Below the pieces are notes generated by a model. It was not told the origin of the DNA, did no database searches, and saw only the letters and a program-made list of their open reading frames with translations. Below, piece after piece: positions 1-7,489 of a DNA stretch of 64,000 bases; position 1 is the stretch's first letter; every line of letters begins with the position of its first letter. The stretch is from an uncultured Pseudomonadota bacterium (GTDB lineage Bacteria; Desulfobacterota; Syntrophorhabdia; Syntrophorhabdales; CAYQXL01). The stretch spans positions 49,660 through 113,659 of the forward strand of contig CAZYVU010000004.1 of the NCBI GenBank assembly GCA_964651435.1, in the 5' to 3' direction. The position numbers and the translations under genes are program-made.

Positions 1-500
1 GCCGCATCGCGAAGCCGGTTATTGTTCAGGTCCATGGGGTGGCGGCAGCGATCGGCACCGGCCTCGTTGCAGCGGCGGACCTGGCGATCGCTTCAGATAA
101 GGCAAAGTTCGGTCTGACGGCCATCAACGTCGGTCTCAACTGCATCGGCCCCGTTGTTCCCGTTGCCCGCTCCGTGGGAAGGAAGCGGGCGCTCGAGCTC
201 TTGCTGTACGGCGAACTGATAACGGCCCAAAGGGCCTGCGAAATAGGCCTCGTCAACCGCGTGGTGCCGCCAGGGGAGCTCGACGCAACGGCCCGGGAAT
301 GGGCCGCCGTTCTGGCGCGCAAGAGCCCCCTGGCCGTCCAATCGGCAAAAGGGGCATTTTACACCGCTGCGGACATGGACTACTACAAGGCCTTTGAGTA
401 CATGACCGATAACCTCGCCCGTCTTTGTACGGCCGAGGACGTACGGGAGGGCATCGAGGCCTTCATGGAGAAGCGGGAGCCCCGGTGGAGGGAGCGGTAG
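1..500 (+). CDS. enoyl-CoA hydratase/isomerase (crotonase) family protein, 5' end cut by window edge
   Basis: Frame 3 is open from the window edge (..RIAKPVIVQVHGVAAAIGTGL..). The glycine-rich oxyanion segment and the C-terminal EGIEAFMEKREPRW are typical of crotonases. Confidence 0.85.
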   Translation, partial: RIAKPVIVQVHGVAAAIGTGLVAAADLAIASDKAKFGLTAINVGLNCIGPVVPVARSVGRKRALELLLYGELITAQRACEIGLVNRVVPPGELDATAREWAAVLARKSPLAVQSAKGAFYTAADMDYYKAFEYMTDNLARLCTAEDVREGIEAFMEKREPRWRER

Positions 501-569
501 TCATTCTGTCGCCCCTTCTTGGACTACCAAGGGTCTTTCGACGGCTTTGGGCCCGGTGAAACCCTCTGT

Positions 570-1556
570 TTACCCCCCGATCCCGTTCATGGGCCGCACG
601 CACTTCCGGGGCTCCCATGGGGTTATCCCGTGTTCCTTTGGTTTGATACGGATAGCGGCCTCAATGAGGCGTAGCAGACCATCATCGTTCATGCCCCCGC
701 GGAGAGGGGTCTTCAGGTCGGTCTCTTCGTCGGAGAAGAGGCATCCCCGCAAACGGCCGCACGAGGTAAGGCGGAGTCTGTTGCATGTTCTGCAGAAATG
801 GTTGCTCAGCGCTCCAATGAAGCCGATTTCTCCTCTGGCCCCCTGAAGCCGGTAACGTCGCGCAGGACCATCAAGAAGGCGGTGGCTTAAGGGATTGACC
901 TCCCCCAGCGATCGAATGCGGTTAAGGATTTCGTCAACGGGAATAAACTTGTCCCGCCCCCAGCCGTTGCCGTTATCCTCACCAAAGGGCATCATCTCGA
1001 TAAAGCGCACGTGGTAGGGCTTGGCGAACGTCAGGCTTGCGAAGTCAACGATCTCGTCGTCATTCACCCCCCTCATGGCGACTACGTTTATCTTGATGGG
1101 ATCAAACCCCAGGGATTCTGCTTCGCCTATCCCTTCCCAGGCACGATCGAAAACATTCCGCCTGGTTATGCTGTGGAACCTGTCCCGCCTCAAGGTATCC
1201 ATGCTGACGTTGATGCGCCGCACGCCGCAGTCCCGCAGGCCACGGGCGAACTCTTTCAGGAGAACGCCGTTGGTGGTCAAGGTTATCTCCTCTATTTCGT
1301 CTATTTCCTGAAGCTTTTGGATGAAGTCGAGGATATCCCTTCTTACCAGGGGCTCCCCGCCCGTCAACCGAATCTTTCGAATACCCTCCCGGACGCATAG
1401 CTTGACAATATGAATCATTTCCTCGTAGGCAAGGACCTCACTGTGGGGCGTAAAGGGTACGCCCTCATCAGGCATGCAATAGATGCATCTGAGGTTACAT
1501 CGGTCGGTTACGGAGAGGCGCAAATAGTTGATCGCCCTGTTATGATTATCTACCAT
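570..1556 (-). CDS. moaA: GTP 3',8-cyclase MoaA (radical SAM, molybdopterin biosynthesis)
   Basis: N-terminal LSVTDRCNLRCIYCMP (CxxxCxxC), a GGEPL segment, and C-terminal second-cluster cysteines (CRTCNRLRLTSCGRLRGC). The 328 aa length fits. Confidence 0.9.
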   Translation of the reverse strand: MVDNHNRAINYLRLSVTDRCNLRCIYCMPDEGVPFTPHSEVLAYEEMIHIVKLCVREGIRKIRLTGGEPLVRRDILDFIQKLQEIDEIEEITLTTNGVLLKEFARGLRDCGVRRINVSMDTLRRDRFHSITRRNVFDRAWEGIGEAESLGFDPIKINVVAMRGVNDDEIVDFASLTFAKPYHVRFIEMMPFGEDNGNGWGRDKFIPVDEILNRIRSLGEVNPLSHRLLDGPARRYRLQGARGEIGFIGALSNHFCRTCNRLRLTSCGRLRGCLFSDEETDLKTPLRGGMNDDGLLRLIEAAIRIKPKEHGITPWEPRKCVRPMNGIGG

Positions 1557-1715
1557 AAACGTCTACTCTTGAAATGCCGTACTTGTCTTTCATTGCTCTG
1601 GCTACGCCTATAGCCATTTTGCAGGACAGTCATGAAGGGTTCCCGCTGTGAAAAACAACCAGCTCTGCCATGTTGGTCTCCTGAATTATTTGGCATTCTT
1701 GCTATAAGCGGCCAT

Positions 1716-2156
1716 TCAGCCGTCCCGCTTCTTTTGAACGATGTAGTTTTCGATGGCCTCCCGCAGGGTATTCGCGGCAAGCAGGGCGCAGTGCCGACTT
1801 TCCTCCGGAAGCCCGCCGATCGCGTCAAGGATCGTCTCGTTGGTGATCTCCCCGGCCTCTTCCAGGCTTTTCCCAAGGGCAAGGCCGGCTGCCAGCGACC
1901 CGCAGACGATGCTCGGCCCACAGCCGTCCGTTTGAAACGAGGCCTCACTCACCGTTCCGTTTTCGAATCTAAGGAATATTTCCATTGTGTCGCCGCAGGG
2001 ACCCGTAATCCGGCTATAACCATCGGGCCTCTCCATGGGCCGCATGTGCAAAGGGTTGCGCCATCGCTCAAAGGCCTTGTGTCCGTAGTCTCGAATTGTG
2101 TCATCGTTAATTTGATCCTGTAGCTCTTGCAAGAAATCATCAAGATTCTCCGACAT
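1716..2156 (-). CDS. IscU/NifU N-terminal-domain-like Fe-S scaffold protein
   Basis: Three scaffold cysteine contexts are present: GPCGD, DGCGPS and RHCALLA. Length is 146 aa. Confidence 0.7.
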   Translation of the reverse strand: MSENLDDFLQELQDQINDDTIRDYGHKAFERWRNPLHMRPMERPDGYSRITGPCGDTMEIFLRFENGTVSEASFQTDGCGPSIVCGSLAAGLALGKSLEEAGEITNETILDAIGGLPEESRHCALLAANTLREAIENYIVQKKRDG

Positions 2157-2203
2157 TACCGCTTCTCCTTATCTTGCTTTCACAGGGTGCCGCCCGGGAT
2201 TCT

Positions 2204-3067
2204 CTATGGCTTGGGCCCCAGGTTTGAAGCCAACACATTCGTTTCCGGAGCGAATCCTGCCTGCGATGCTACCACAGAGCATTTGACCCTGAAGAGGAAA
2301 ACAATTTTTTTCCTTGTATCACTTAAGGTTTCGTAGTTGCCTTGCCCTTTTGCTATTATGAGGTCCGCGTCGCTAAAGCACCTCCTGAATTCAGGACTGC
2401 ATTCGCTCACTATGGTGCCCGGCGCGTCAGAGCCGTTATCAATTACTTTTGCGATGTCATGGAGGCCTGCCGCATAGGCGTCAGCCATCGTGGCATCGTT
2501 GATGACCGGTTTTCCCCTGACGGCAACCGTCACCCTTTCCGCGGGAAGCTCCTCAACAAGAAGGCGGTCAAAGAATATCTCACCCGCATTATCGGTGAGG
2601 TACAGAATGTTGGTAGCCCCTTGCATCGCCAGGCGAAGGCCTTCGATATCTCCGCGAAATGGCCCTGAAAGGGCCTCGGCAACGCCGCGAAGGACGGCAT
2701 CCTCCGTCATTCCGCTCTTGGCGCCGCAGTCAATCACGTTTCCCGTTATTCCAAGATGGACGGCCGTCCTAAAACGGTCCCGGCTTTCATAAACCTTCTT
2801 TCTCAGTTCGGGCAGCAATCCCCGGGCAAGGCGGTTGAACCGCTCTTTAACTTCTCTGTATGGATCATCGTTTCCCGTCAGCTCCCGTATCCCGCGGTGC
2901 ATCCACTGGCCTGCAACGGGTGGCGGTTGATCGAAATCAAGTCCTGCCAGATAACGAAGTACATCGCGAAACACCTCTACGCGGACCGACGGATGGGCCG
3001 GGACATAGCGTATCGCTTCCAGCGCTTGCCTCGCCAAACAGGGAATACAATCGATCGTGGATTTCAC
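2204..3067 (-). CDS. DUF89 (ARMT1-like damage-control phosphatase) family protein
   Basis: The N-terminal CIPC motif and the overall pattern (..DNAGEIFFD.., ..AKGQGNYE..) resemble DUF89. GTG start lies downstream of AAGGAAGAAG. Confidence 0.65.
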   Translation of the reverse strand: MKSTIDCIPCLARQALEAIRYVPAHPSVRVEVFRDVLRYLAGLDFDQPPPVAGQWMHRGIRELTGNDDPYREVKERFNRLARGLLPELRKKVYESRDRFRTAVHLGITGNVIDCGAKSGMTEDAVLRGVAEALSGPFRGDIEGLRLAMQGATNILYLTDNAGEIFFDRLLVEELPAERVTVAVRGKPVINDATMADAYAAGLHDIAKVIDNGSDAPGTIVSECSPEFRRCFSDADLIIAKGQGNYETLSDTRKKIVFLFRVKCSVVASQAGFAPETNVLASNLGPKP

Positions 3068-3089
3068 AGTTTCACTTCTTCCTTAAACG

Positions 3090-3105
3090 AGCAATTAGCA
3101 TGCCA
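3090..3105 (-). promoter_or_regulatory. sigma-54 (-24/-12) promoter facing the DUF89 gene
   Basis: The reverse complement reads TGGCAT-GCTAA-TTGCT, with exact GG-N10-GC spacing. The -12 C is at 3091 and the GTG start at 3067, which predicts a leader of about 12 nt. Confidence 0.6.
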
Positions 3106-3211
3106 AAGCTTCTTTGCAGAACGATCACGAGACAACCTCATAACATGCCTGGCTATTCTTTCCCGGAACAACAACGTCGAGGTCCATATGCCCTCGGCTC
3201 TTCCACACATT

Positions 3212-3226
3212 CTTGCACTATGCAAG
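3212..3226. promoter_or_regulatory. inverted repeat CTTGCA-cta-TGCAAG, candidate enhancer (UAS) for the 3090-3105 promoter
   Basis: Perfect 6-bp arms with a 3-bp spacer. It lies about 110-120 bp upstream (minus-strand sense) of the -24 element, just after the activator gene stop. Confidence 0.35.
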
Positions 3227-3227
3227 G

Positions 3228-4625
3228 CTATCTGCGAAGCCCCCGCCCGTCGCGTGCGGGGGCTTCGATTTTCAGGTCTTTGATCTTCCTGTAAAGGGTG
3301 CTTGTGTCGAGGCCCAACTCTCGCGCCGTCACTGCCCTGTTGCCGCCGCAGCGTCGCAAGGTCTCTGCTATAAGGGTTTTCTCCATAGCCTTCAGGTTCA
3401 TGGGGCCTGCTCCTCCGGCCGAAGACGATACAGGGGGGCGTAATTCTGGGGGGAGGTGGTGAAGCTCTATGATCTCCCCACGGCACAGGACGAAAGCCTG
3501 CTCGATAATGTTCTCCAACTCCCGTATATTGCCGGGAAAGTCGTATTCCATAAGTTGCGTCATGACCTCAAAGGAAATCCCCGCAATGGTCTTTCCCTGG
3601 AGCCGGTTATATTTTCCCATGATGTGGTCGACCAGCAACGGTATATCTTCACGCCGCGCTTTGAGACTCGGCAGAACAAGGCGGATAACGCGAATCCGGT
3701 AGTACAAATCTTCCCGGAACCTTCCCTCCTCGACAAGCCGCAAAAGATTCCTGTTTGTGGCGGCCACAACACGCACATCTACCCTAACGGGCTCCACGGA
3801 TCCGAGCGGTTCTACCGTGCGCTCCTGCAGCACACGAAGCAAACGCACCTGAAGAGCCGGAGATATATCACCTATCTCATCAAGAAACAGCGTCCCACCT
3901 TCCGCAAGGACAAAGCGGCCCACCTTGTCCCGCTTGGCGTCCGTAAATGCCCCGGCTTTGTAGCCGAAAAACTCACTTTCCAGAAGGGTGTCGGGCAGTG
4001 CGGCACAGTTTACTGCAACGAACCGTTTCTTTCTGCGCGGCGAGAGGTTATGTATAGCCCGGGCGAAAAGCTCCTTGCCCGTACCGCTGGGACCCTCGAT
4101 CAGCACCGTGCTGCTGCTCTCGGCGATAGGCGGGAGCATCTCAAACAGACGTATCATCGAGGGACTCCTTCCCACGATGTCTTCAAAGGTGTGGCGGCTC
4201 TCCAATTCCTTTCGCAGCTCTTCTACCTGACTCAGGTCCTGAAAGGTTTCAACCCCGCCAATCACGTTGCCATCGTCACCTTTTAGGATTGCCGTCGAAA
4301 TGCGAACAGGCACACGCAATCCCTTATTGTTAACGATAAAAGCGGTGGCATTCACGACGGGCTTTGCCGTTTCGAAGGTACGTCTCAAGGCACAGTTCTT
4401 TTCGCATATATTCGCATGGAACACCGCGGAACATGGACGCCCCATCGCCTCTTCCCGAGAAACACCGGTAATGCGCTCTGCCGCACGGTTGAAGGAAGTA
4501 ATATGCCAATCGAGATTTATTGTGAAAACACCCTCGTTAATCGAGTCGAGAATAACCTCCCGCTCCTCCGCTCCCGTTCCGTAGCGGCTAAGGGCTCTAC
4601 CATTTTTCATATCCTTATCGTTCAT
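3228..4625 (-). CDS. sigma-54-dependent transcriptional activator (PAS sensor, AAA+ domain, Fis-type HTH; no receiver domain)
   Basis: PAS-like N-terminus (ILDSINEGVFTINLDWHITSFNRAAERITG). Walker A GPSGTGKE, GAFTGA-type loop (GAFTDA), Walker B LFLDEIG. C-terminal HTH ..AARELGLDTSTLYRKIK. Confidence 0.9.
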   Translation of the reverse strand: MNDKDMKNGRALSRYGTGAEEREVILDSINEGVFTINLDWHITSFNRAAERITGVSREEAMGRPCSAVFHANICEKNCALRRTFETAKPVVNATAFIVNNKGLRVPVRISTAILKGDDGNVIGGVETFQDLSQVEELRKELESRHTFEDIVGRSPSMIRLFEMLPPIAESSSTVLIEGPSGTGKELFARAIHNLSPRRKKRFVAVNCAALPDTLLESEFFGYKAGAFTDAKRDKVGRFVLAEGGTLFLDEIGDISPALQVRLLRVLQERTVEPLGSVEPVRVDVRVVAATNRNLLRLVEEGRFREDLYYRIRVIRLVLPSLKARREDIPLLVDHIMGKYNRLQGKTIAGISFEVMTQLMEYDFPGNIRELENIIEQAFVLCRGEIIELHHLPPELRPPVSSSAGGAGPMNLKAMEKTLIAETLRRCGGNRAVTARELGLDTSTLYRKIKDLKIEAPARDGRGLRR

Positions 4626-4660
4626 ATTGCAATAGTATGGTACCTATAGTATTGCAATAT
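4624..4660. promoter_or_regulatory. 37-bp near-palindrome containing two ATTGCAAT boxes, candidate activator-binding site (UAS/operator)
   Basis: ATATTGCAATAGTAT-GGTACCT-ATAGTATTGCAATAT, with 15 of 18 symmetric pairs matching. It starts inside the activator start codon and is centred about 100 bp upstream of the 4740-4755 promoter. Confidence 0.45.
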
Positions 4661-4739
4661 GCGGCACAAATGTCAATGTAACCCTGCCCACCGCCGTGCA
4701 ACATATTGGTATCGCTGTTGTTTATATGTCTTTTCTTCA

Positions 4740-4755
4740 CGGCACAAAAGTTGCG
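4740..4755 (+). promoter_or_regulatory. sigma-54 (-24/-12) promoter facing the NifX-like/DUF5320 gene set
   Basis: CGGCAC-AAAAG-TTGCG, with invariant GG and GC at the correct spacing. ATG 4771 is 16 nt after the -12 C, so the leader would be very short. Confidence 0.5.
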
Positions 4756-4770
4756 TTGCATGTCGATATC

Positions 4771-5187
4771 ATGGTGATAGCAATAGCAAACTTCCAGGGT
4801 TCCGTATCGCCGGTCTTTGACGTGTCCGATAAGCTCTCTCTCGTAGAGGTCGTCGGCGGAAAGGAAGTGCAGCGAAAAGACGTGCTATTGATGGAAAGAG
4901 ACCCATTCCTGAGGGCTAAGGAAATGACCGCTATCAGCGTCGAGGTGCTGCTCTGCGGGGCCGTCTCGTACGCCATGGAGACGGCCCTGATTACCGCCGG
5001 TATCAGCGTTGTAGGATTTCTGTGCGGCGGTCTTGAGATGATACTTGGCGCTTTTCTGAAGGAGGGACTGACGGACAGCCGCTTTCTCATGCCCGGATGC
5101 GTCGGGGGCAGGCGACGACGTCGGTTTCGCTGTAGTCACGGAAGACAGGAAGCCCCTATGCGGGGCGGGCCAAACAAAAGGAGGTGA
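4771..5187 (+). CDS. NifB/NifX (dinitrogenase FeMo-cofactor-binding domain)-like protein with Arg-rich tail
   Basis: From the internal ATG the protein reads MVIAIANFQGSVSPVFD..LLCGAVSYAMETALITAGISVVGF..ILGAFLKEGL, the alternating pattern of NifX-like carriers. The tail is GGRRRRRFRC. Confidence 0.6.
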   Translation: MVIAIANFQGSVSPVFDVSDKLSLVEVVGGKEVQRKDVLLMERDPFLRAKEMTAISVEVLLCGAVSYAMETALITAGISVVGFLCGGLEMILGAFLKEGLTDSRFLMPGCVGGRRRRRFRCSHGRQEAPMRGGPNKRR

Positions 5188-5192
5188 GGAAC

Positions 5193-5597
5193 ATGCCAGG
5201 TGGAGATGGAACAGGGCCTCGTGGATTTGGACCCATGACCGGACGGGCGGCAGGATTCTGTACAGGTTTTCCCGTTTCCGGGTATGCAAATTTCGCTCAG
5301 GGAAGAGGGTTTCGTACCTGGGGCGGCCCTGGTGGAGCCGGCGGCCGTGGCTTCAGAAAATGGTTCCGCAGAACCGGACTGACAGGGCGGCAAAGAGCCG
5401 GAGGCTTTATGCCGGCCTGGGACAATCCCTTTACTTACGGTGCGCCCCAGCACACCCCTGCAGCGCCCGCTGTAACAAGGGAACAGGAGTTGGCTGCACT
5501 GAAGGCTCAGGCGGAATACCTGGAAGACGCCCTCGATGGCGTCCGCAGGCAGCTCAAGGACCTGGAGGCCCAGGGAATGGCGCCTCAGGCAGGTTGA
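5193..5597 (+). CDS. DUF5320 family protein
   Basis: MPGGDGTGPRGFGPMTGRAAGFCTG N-terminus, a Gly/Arg-rich middle, and a C-terminal coiled-coil-like REQELAALKAQAEYLEDALDGVRRQLKDLE. AGGAGG lies 7 nt upstream. Confidence 0.7.
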   Translation: MPGGDGTGPRGFGPMTGRAAGFCTGFPVSGYANFAQGRGFRTWGGPGGAGGRGFRKWFRRTGLTGRQRAGGFMPAWDNPFTYGAPQHTPAAPAVTREQELAALKAQAEYLEDALDGVRRQLKDLEAQGMAPQAG

Positions 5598-5606
5598 CGT
5601 CGAATA

Positions 5607-5640
5607 GGGGGTAACGGTTGCGCAGGTAACCGTTACCCCC
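5607..5640 (+). other. perfect 13-bp stem-loop between DUF5320 and the next gene (attenuator, terminator or RNA-stability element)
   Basis: GGGGGTAACGGTT-gcgcaggt-AACCGTTACCCCC. No U-tract follows. Confidence 0.4.
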
Positions 5641-5678
5641 GTGCCCCGGCTTCTGAGACATGATCGAGGAGGATTGTT

Positions 5679-6323
5679 ATGCGTATTGCCGTTACAGCGG
5701 AAGGACCATCTCTTGACGTCGCAATTGATCAGAGGTTTGGGCGATGCCCTTTCTTTCTCATCGTCAATACCGGGGACCTCACTTTTGAGGCTATCCCGAA
5801 CGGAAGCGCTTCTCAGCGGGGAGGTGCGGGTATCCAGGCCGCTCAAATGATCGTCGGCAAAGGGGTGACGCACGTCTTCACAGGTGCCTGCGGGCCCAAT
5901 GCTTACCAGGTCCTCGCGGCGGCCGGGGTCCAGGTTATAGTCGGCTGCACCGGCACGGTACAAGACGTCATCAGACAATGTCGGGAGGGAAGGTTTGTGG
6001 CAGCCGCAGAGCCCAATGTAAGGGACCACTACGGCGTCGGCCAACCCTTGTCGGGTCAGGCAGGCACCCCTATGGGAATCCCCGGCGGGTTTACGACAGG
6101 CATGGGGATGGGCAGAGGAATGGGCCGCGGCAAGGGCAGAGGAATGGGGGTGGTCCGCGGTATCGGTACAGACCCGAACGTTAGTGTCGGGCAAGCACCG
6201 GGAGCGCCGGTCCAGCCCAAGAATGCTCAGCAAGAGCTGGAGTTGCTAAAGAAGCAGATGCAGGACATTAAGAACCGCATCGACGAGCTCGAGCAAACTG
6301 CGCCCGCTAAGAATCGGGGTTGA
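5679..6323 (+). CDS. NifB/NifX-like domain fused to a DUF5320-like Gly/Arg-rich coiled-coil tail
   Basis: N-terminal half MRIAVTAEG..IDQRFGRCPFFLIV..GVTHVFTGACGPNAYQVLAAAGVQV matches NifX-like domains. C-terminal half is GMGMGRGMGRGKGRGMG..QQELELLKKQMQDIKNRIDELE. Confidence 0.7.
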   Translation: MRIAVTAEGPSLDVAIDQRFGRCPFFLIVNTGDLTFEAIPNGSASQRGGAGIQAAQMIVGKGVTHVFTGACGPNAYQVLAAAGVQVIVGCTGTVQDVIRQCREGRFVAAAEPNVRDHYGVGQPLSGQAGTPMGIPGGFTTGMGMGRGMGRGKGRGMGVVRGIGTDPNVSVGQAPGAPVQPKNAQQELELLKKQMQDIKNRIDELEQTAPAKNRG

Positions 6324-6392
6324 GTGATGCGAATTGCCGGCTTTCACATCCCTGAAGGCTTGGGGGCTTAGGCTCCATTTCACCGTGAGGGA

Positions 6393-7415
6393 ATGGAAAT
6401 GGGTATTTTTGCCATAATAGTTGATTATCTCCAGCGAGGCTCCGGCGGTATCCTTGCAACGGTGATACAACGAACCGGTTCGGCACCGCGCGATGTGGGG
6501 GCGAAAATGTTCATCGCTGCCGATGGCACCATGTTTGGGACTGTAGGAGGCGGCCGTCTTGAGTCCGACGCCTACAACAAGGCGCTGGAAATAATGAACA
6601 AAGGGATTACGGCCCTGCTGAGCGTCAATATGGAAGCAATGAATGTAGAGGATGCAGACATGCTCTGCGGCGGCAACGTGTACGTTCTCTTGGAGCCGGT
6701 AACAACAGGCAGTCTTGAGCTCTATAGCGCCATAAGGCATTGCCGGGAAAGAAGGGAGGCAGGTGTGCTCCTGACAAGGTTCGGCGACCATGGGTTTGCC
6801 AAAACCTTGCTGTGCGAAAACGGAACCACGGTTGGTGATTTCCCTGACTACGGGACGGGCAAAACCGACTTCTTTTCCTTCGACTTGCCCGCACTGGCAG
6901 ACTCCGGGGACCTCTTTGTTGAACCAATCCGCGCTATCAGTCCCCTTTACATTTTTGGTGCAGGCCACATATCGCAGCATCTGTCCCGAATGGCCAAAGC
7001 CGTCGGTTTTTACGTGACCGTCATCGACGACAGGAGGGAATTTGCCAATACGGAGAGGTTCAGCGATACCGACAGCATTATCGTGGGGGAATTTGCGGAC
7101 ACCTTTTGTGCTCTCGAGTTCACGGGCCACGAATACGTGGTCATCTGTACGAGAAGTCATGAGTACGATGCCCTTGTCCTGGAAAACGCACTGAAGAAAG
7201 AAACAAAATATATCGGAATGATTGGGAGCGCGCGAAAGGTGCGAATCATCATGGACCGCATGCACGCAAAAGGCTACGACCAGAGGATCACGGCGGGGGT
7301 GCGCGCCCCGATAGGGATCCCCATCAATGCGGAAACCCCCCAGGAAATAGCGGTAAGTATTGTAGCGCAACTGATACAAGTGAAAAACGCGCAGTCTCGC
7401 GGCAGCGGGACTTAA
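6393..7415 (+). CDS. XdhC/CoxI-family cofactor-insertion accessory protein
   Basis: N-terminal XdhC-type segment (ATVIQRTGSAPRDVGAKMFI..GTVGGGRLE) plus a Rossmann-like half (LYIFGAGHISQHLSRMAKAVGFYVTVIDDR..IGMIGS). Confidence 0.8.
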   Translation: MEMGIFAIIVDYLQRGSGGILATVIQRTGSAPRDVGAKMFIAADGTMFGTVGGGRLESDAYNKALEIMNKGITALLSVNMEAMNVEDADMLCGGNVYVLLEPVTTGSLELYSAIRHCRERREAGVLLTRFGDHGFAKTLLCENGTTVGDFPDYGTGKTDFFSFDLPALADSGDLFVEPIRAISPLYIFGAGHISQHLSRMAKAVGFYVTVIDDRREFANTERFSDTDSIIVGEFADTFCALEFTGHEYVVICTRSHEYDALVLENALKKETKYIGMIGSARKVRIIMDRMHAKGYDQRITAGVRAPIGIPINAETPQEIAVSIVAQLIQVKNAQSRGSGT

Positions 7416-7427
7416 AAGAATTTAGTG

Positions 7428-7478
7428 TTAGGGCGTGGGTTTCTCGGTTTCCGTCGGTGCCGAGGCTATGCCCTAACG
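7428..7478 (+). other. nested stem-loop abutting the ribosome-binding site of the radical SAM gene
   Basis: Outer stem GTTAGGGC/GCCCTAAC and inner stem CTCGG/CCGAG. GGGGTGA and ATG 7490 follow directly. Confidence 0.3.
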
Positions 7479-7489
7479 GGGTGATCCTT

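Noticed and set aside
1655-1670. Sigma-54-like sequence TGGCAGAGCTGGTTGT on the minus strand upstream of moaA, and TGGTATCGCTGTTGT at 4707-4721 on the plus strand.
   Set aside because: Both lack the invariant -12 GC at the correct spacing: one reads GTTG shifted by one, the other TTGT. The matches at 3090-3105 and 4740-4755 are better. Whether moaA is co-transcribed from the 3090-3105 promoter is left open.
1557-1715. Possible Moco riboswitch in the 159-nt gap upstream of moaA.
   Set aside because: I read the minus strand and found only a small GGCTA/TAGCC hairpin. The conserved Moco-motif elements I remember (a CCUCCGAG-like 5' segment and a GGAAAGGAG-type 3' segment) are absent. A covariance-model search would settle it.
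5136-7379. Long minus-strand ORFs (5136-6233, 365 aa; 6246-7379, 377 aa) antisense to the NifX-like fusion and XdhC genes.
   Set aside because: Their translations are Arg/Pro/Gly-rich low-complexity sequence with no recognisable motifs, whereas the plus-strand genes carry clear family signatures. These are typical shadow ORFs of GC-rich DNA.
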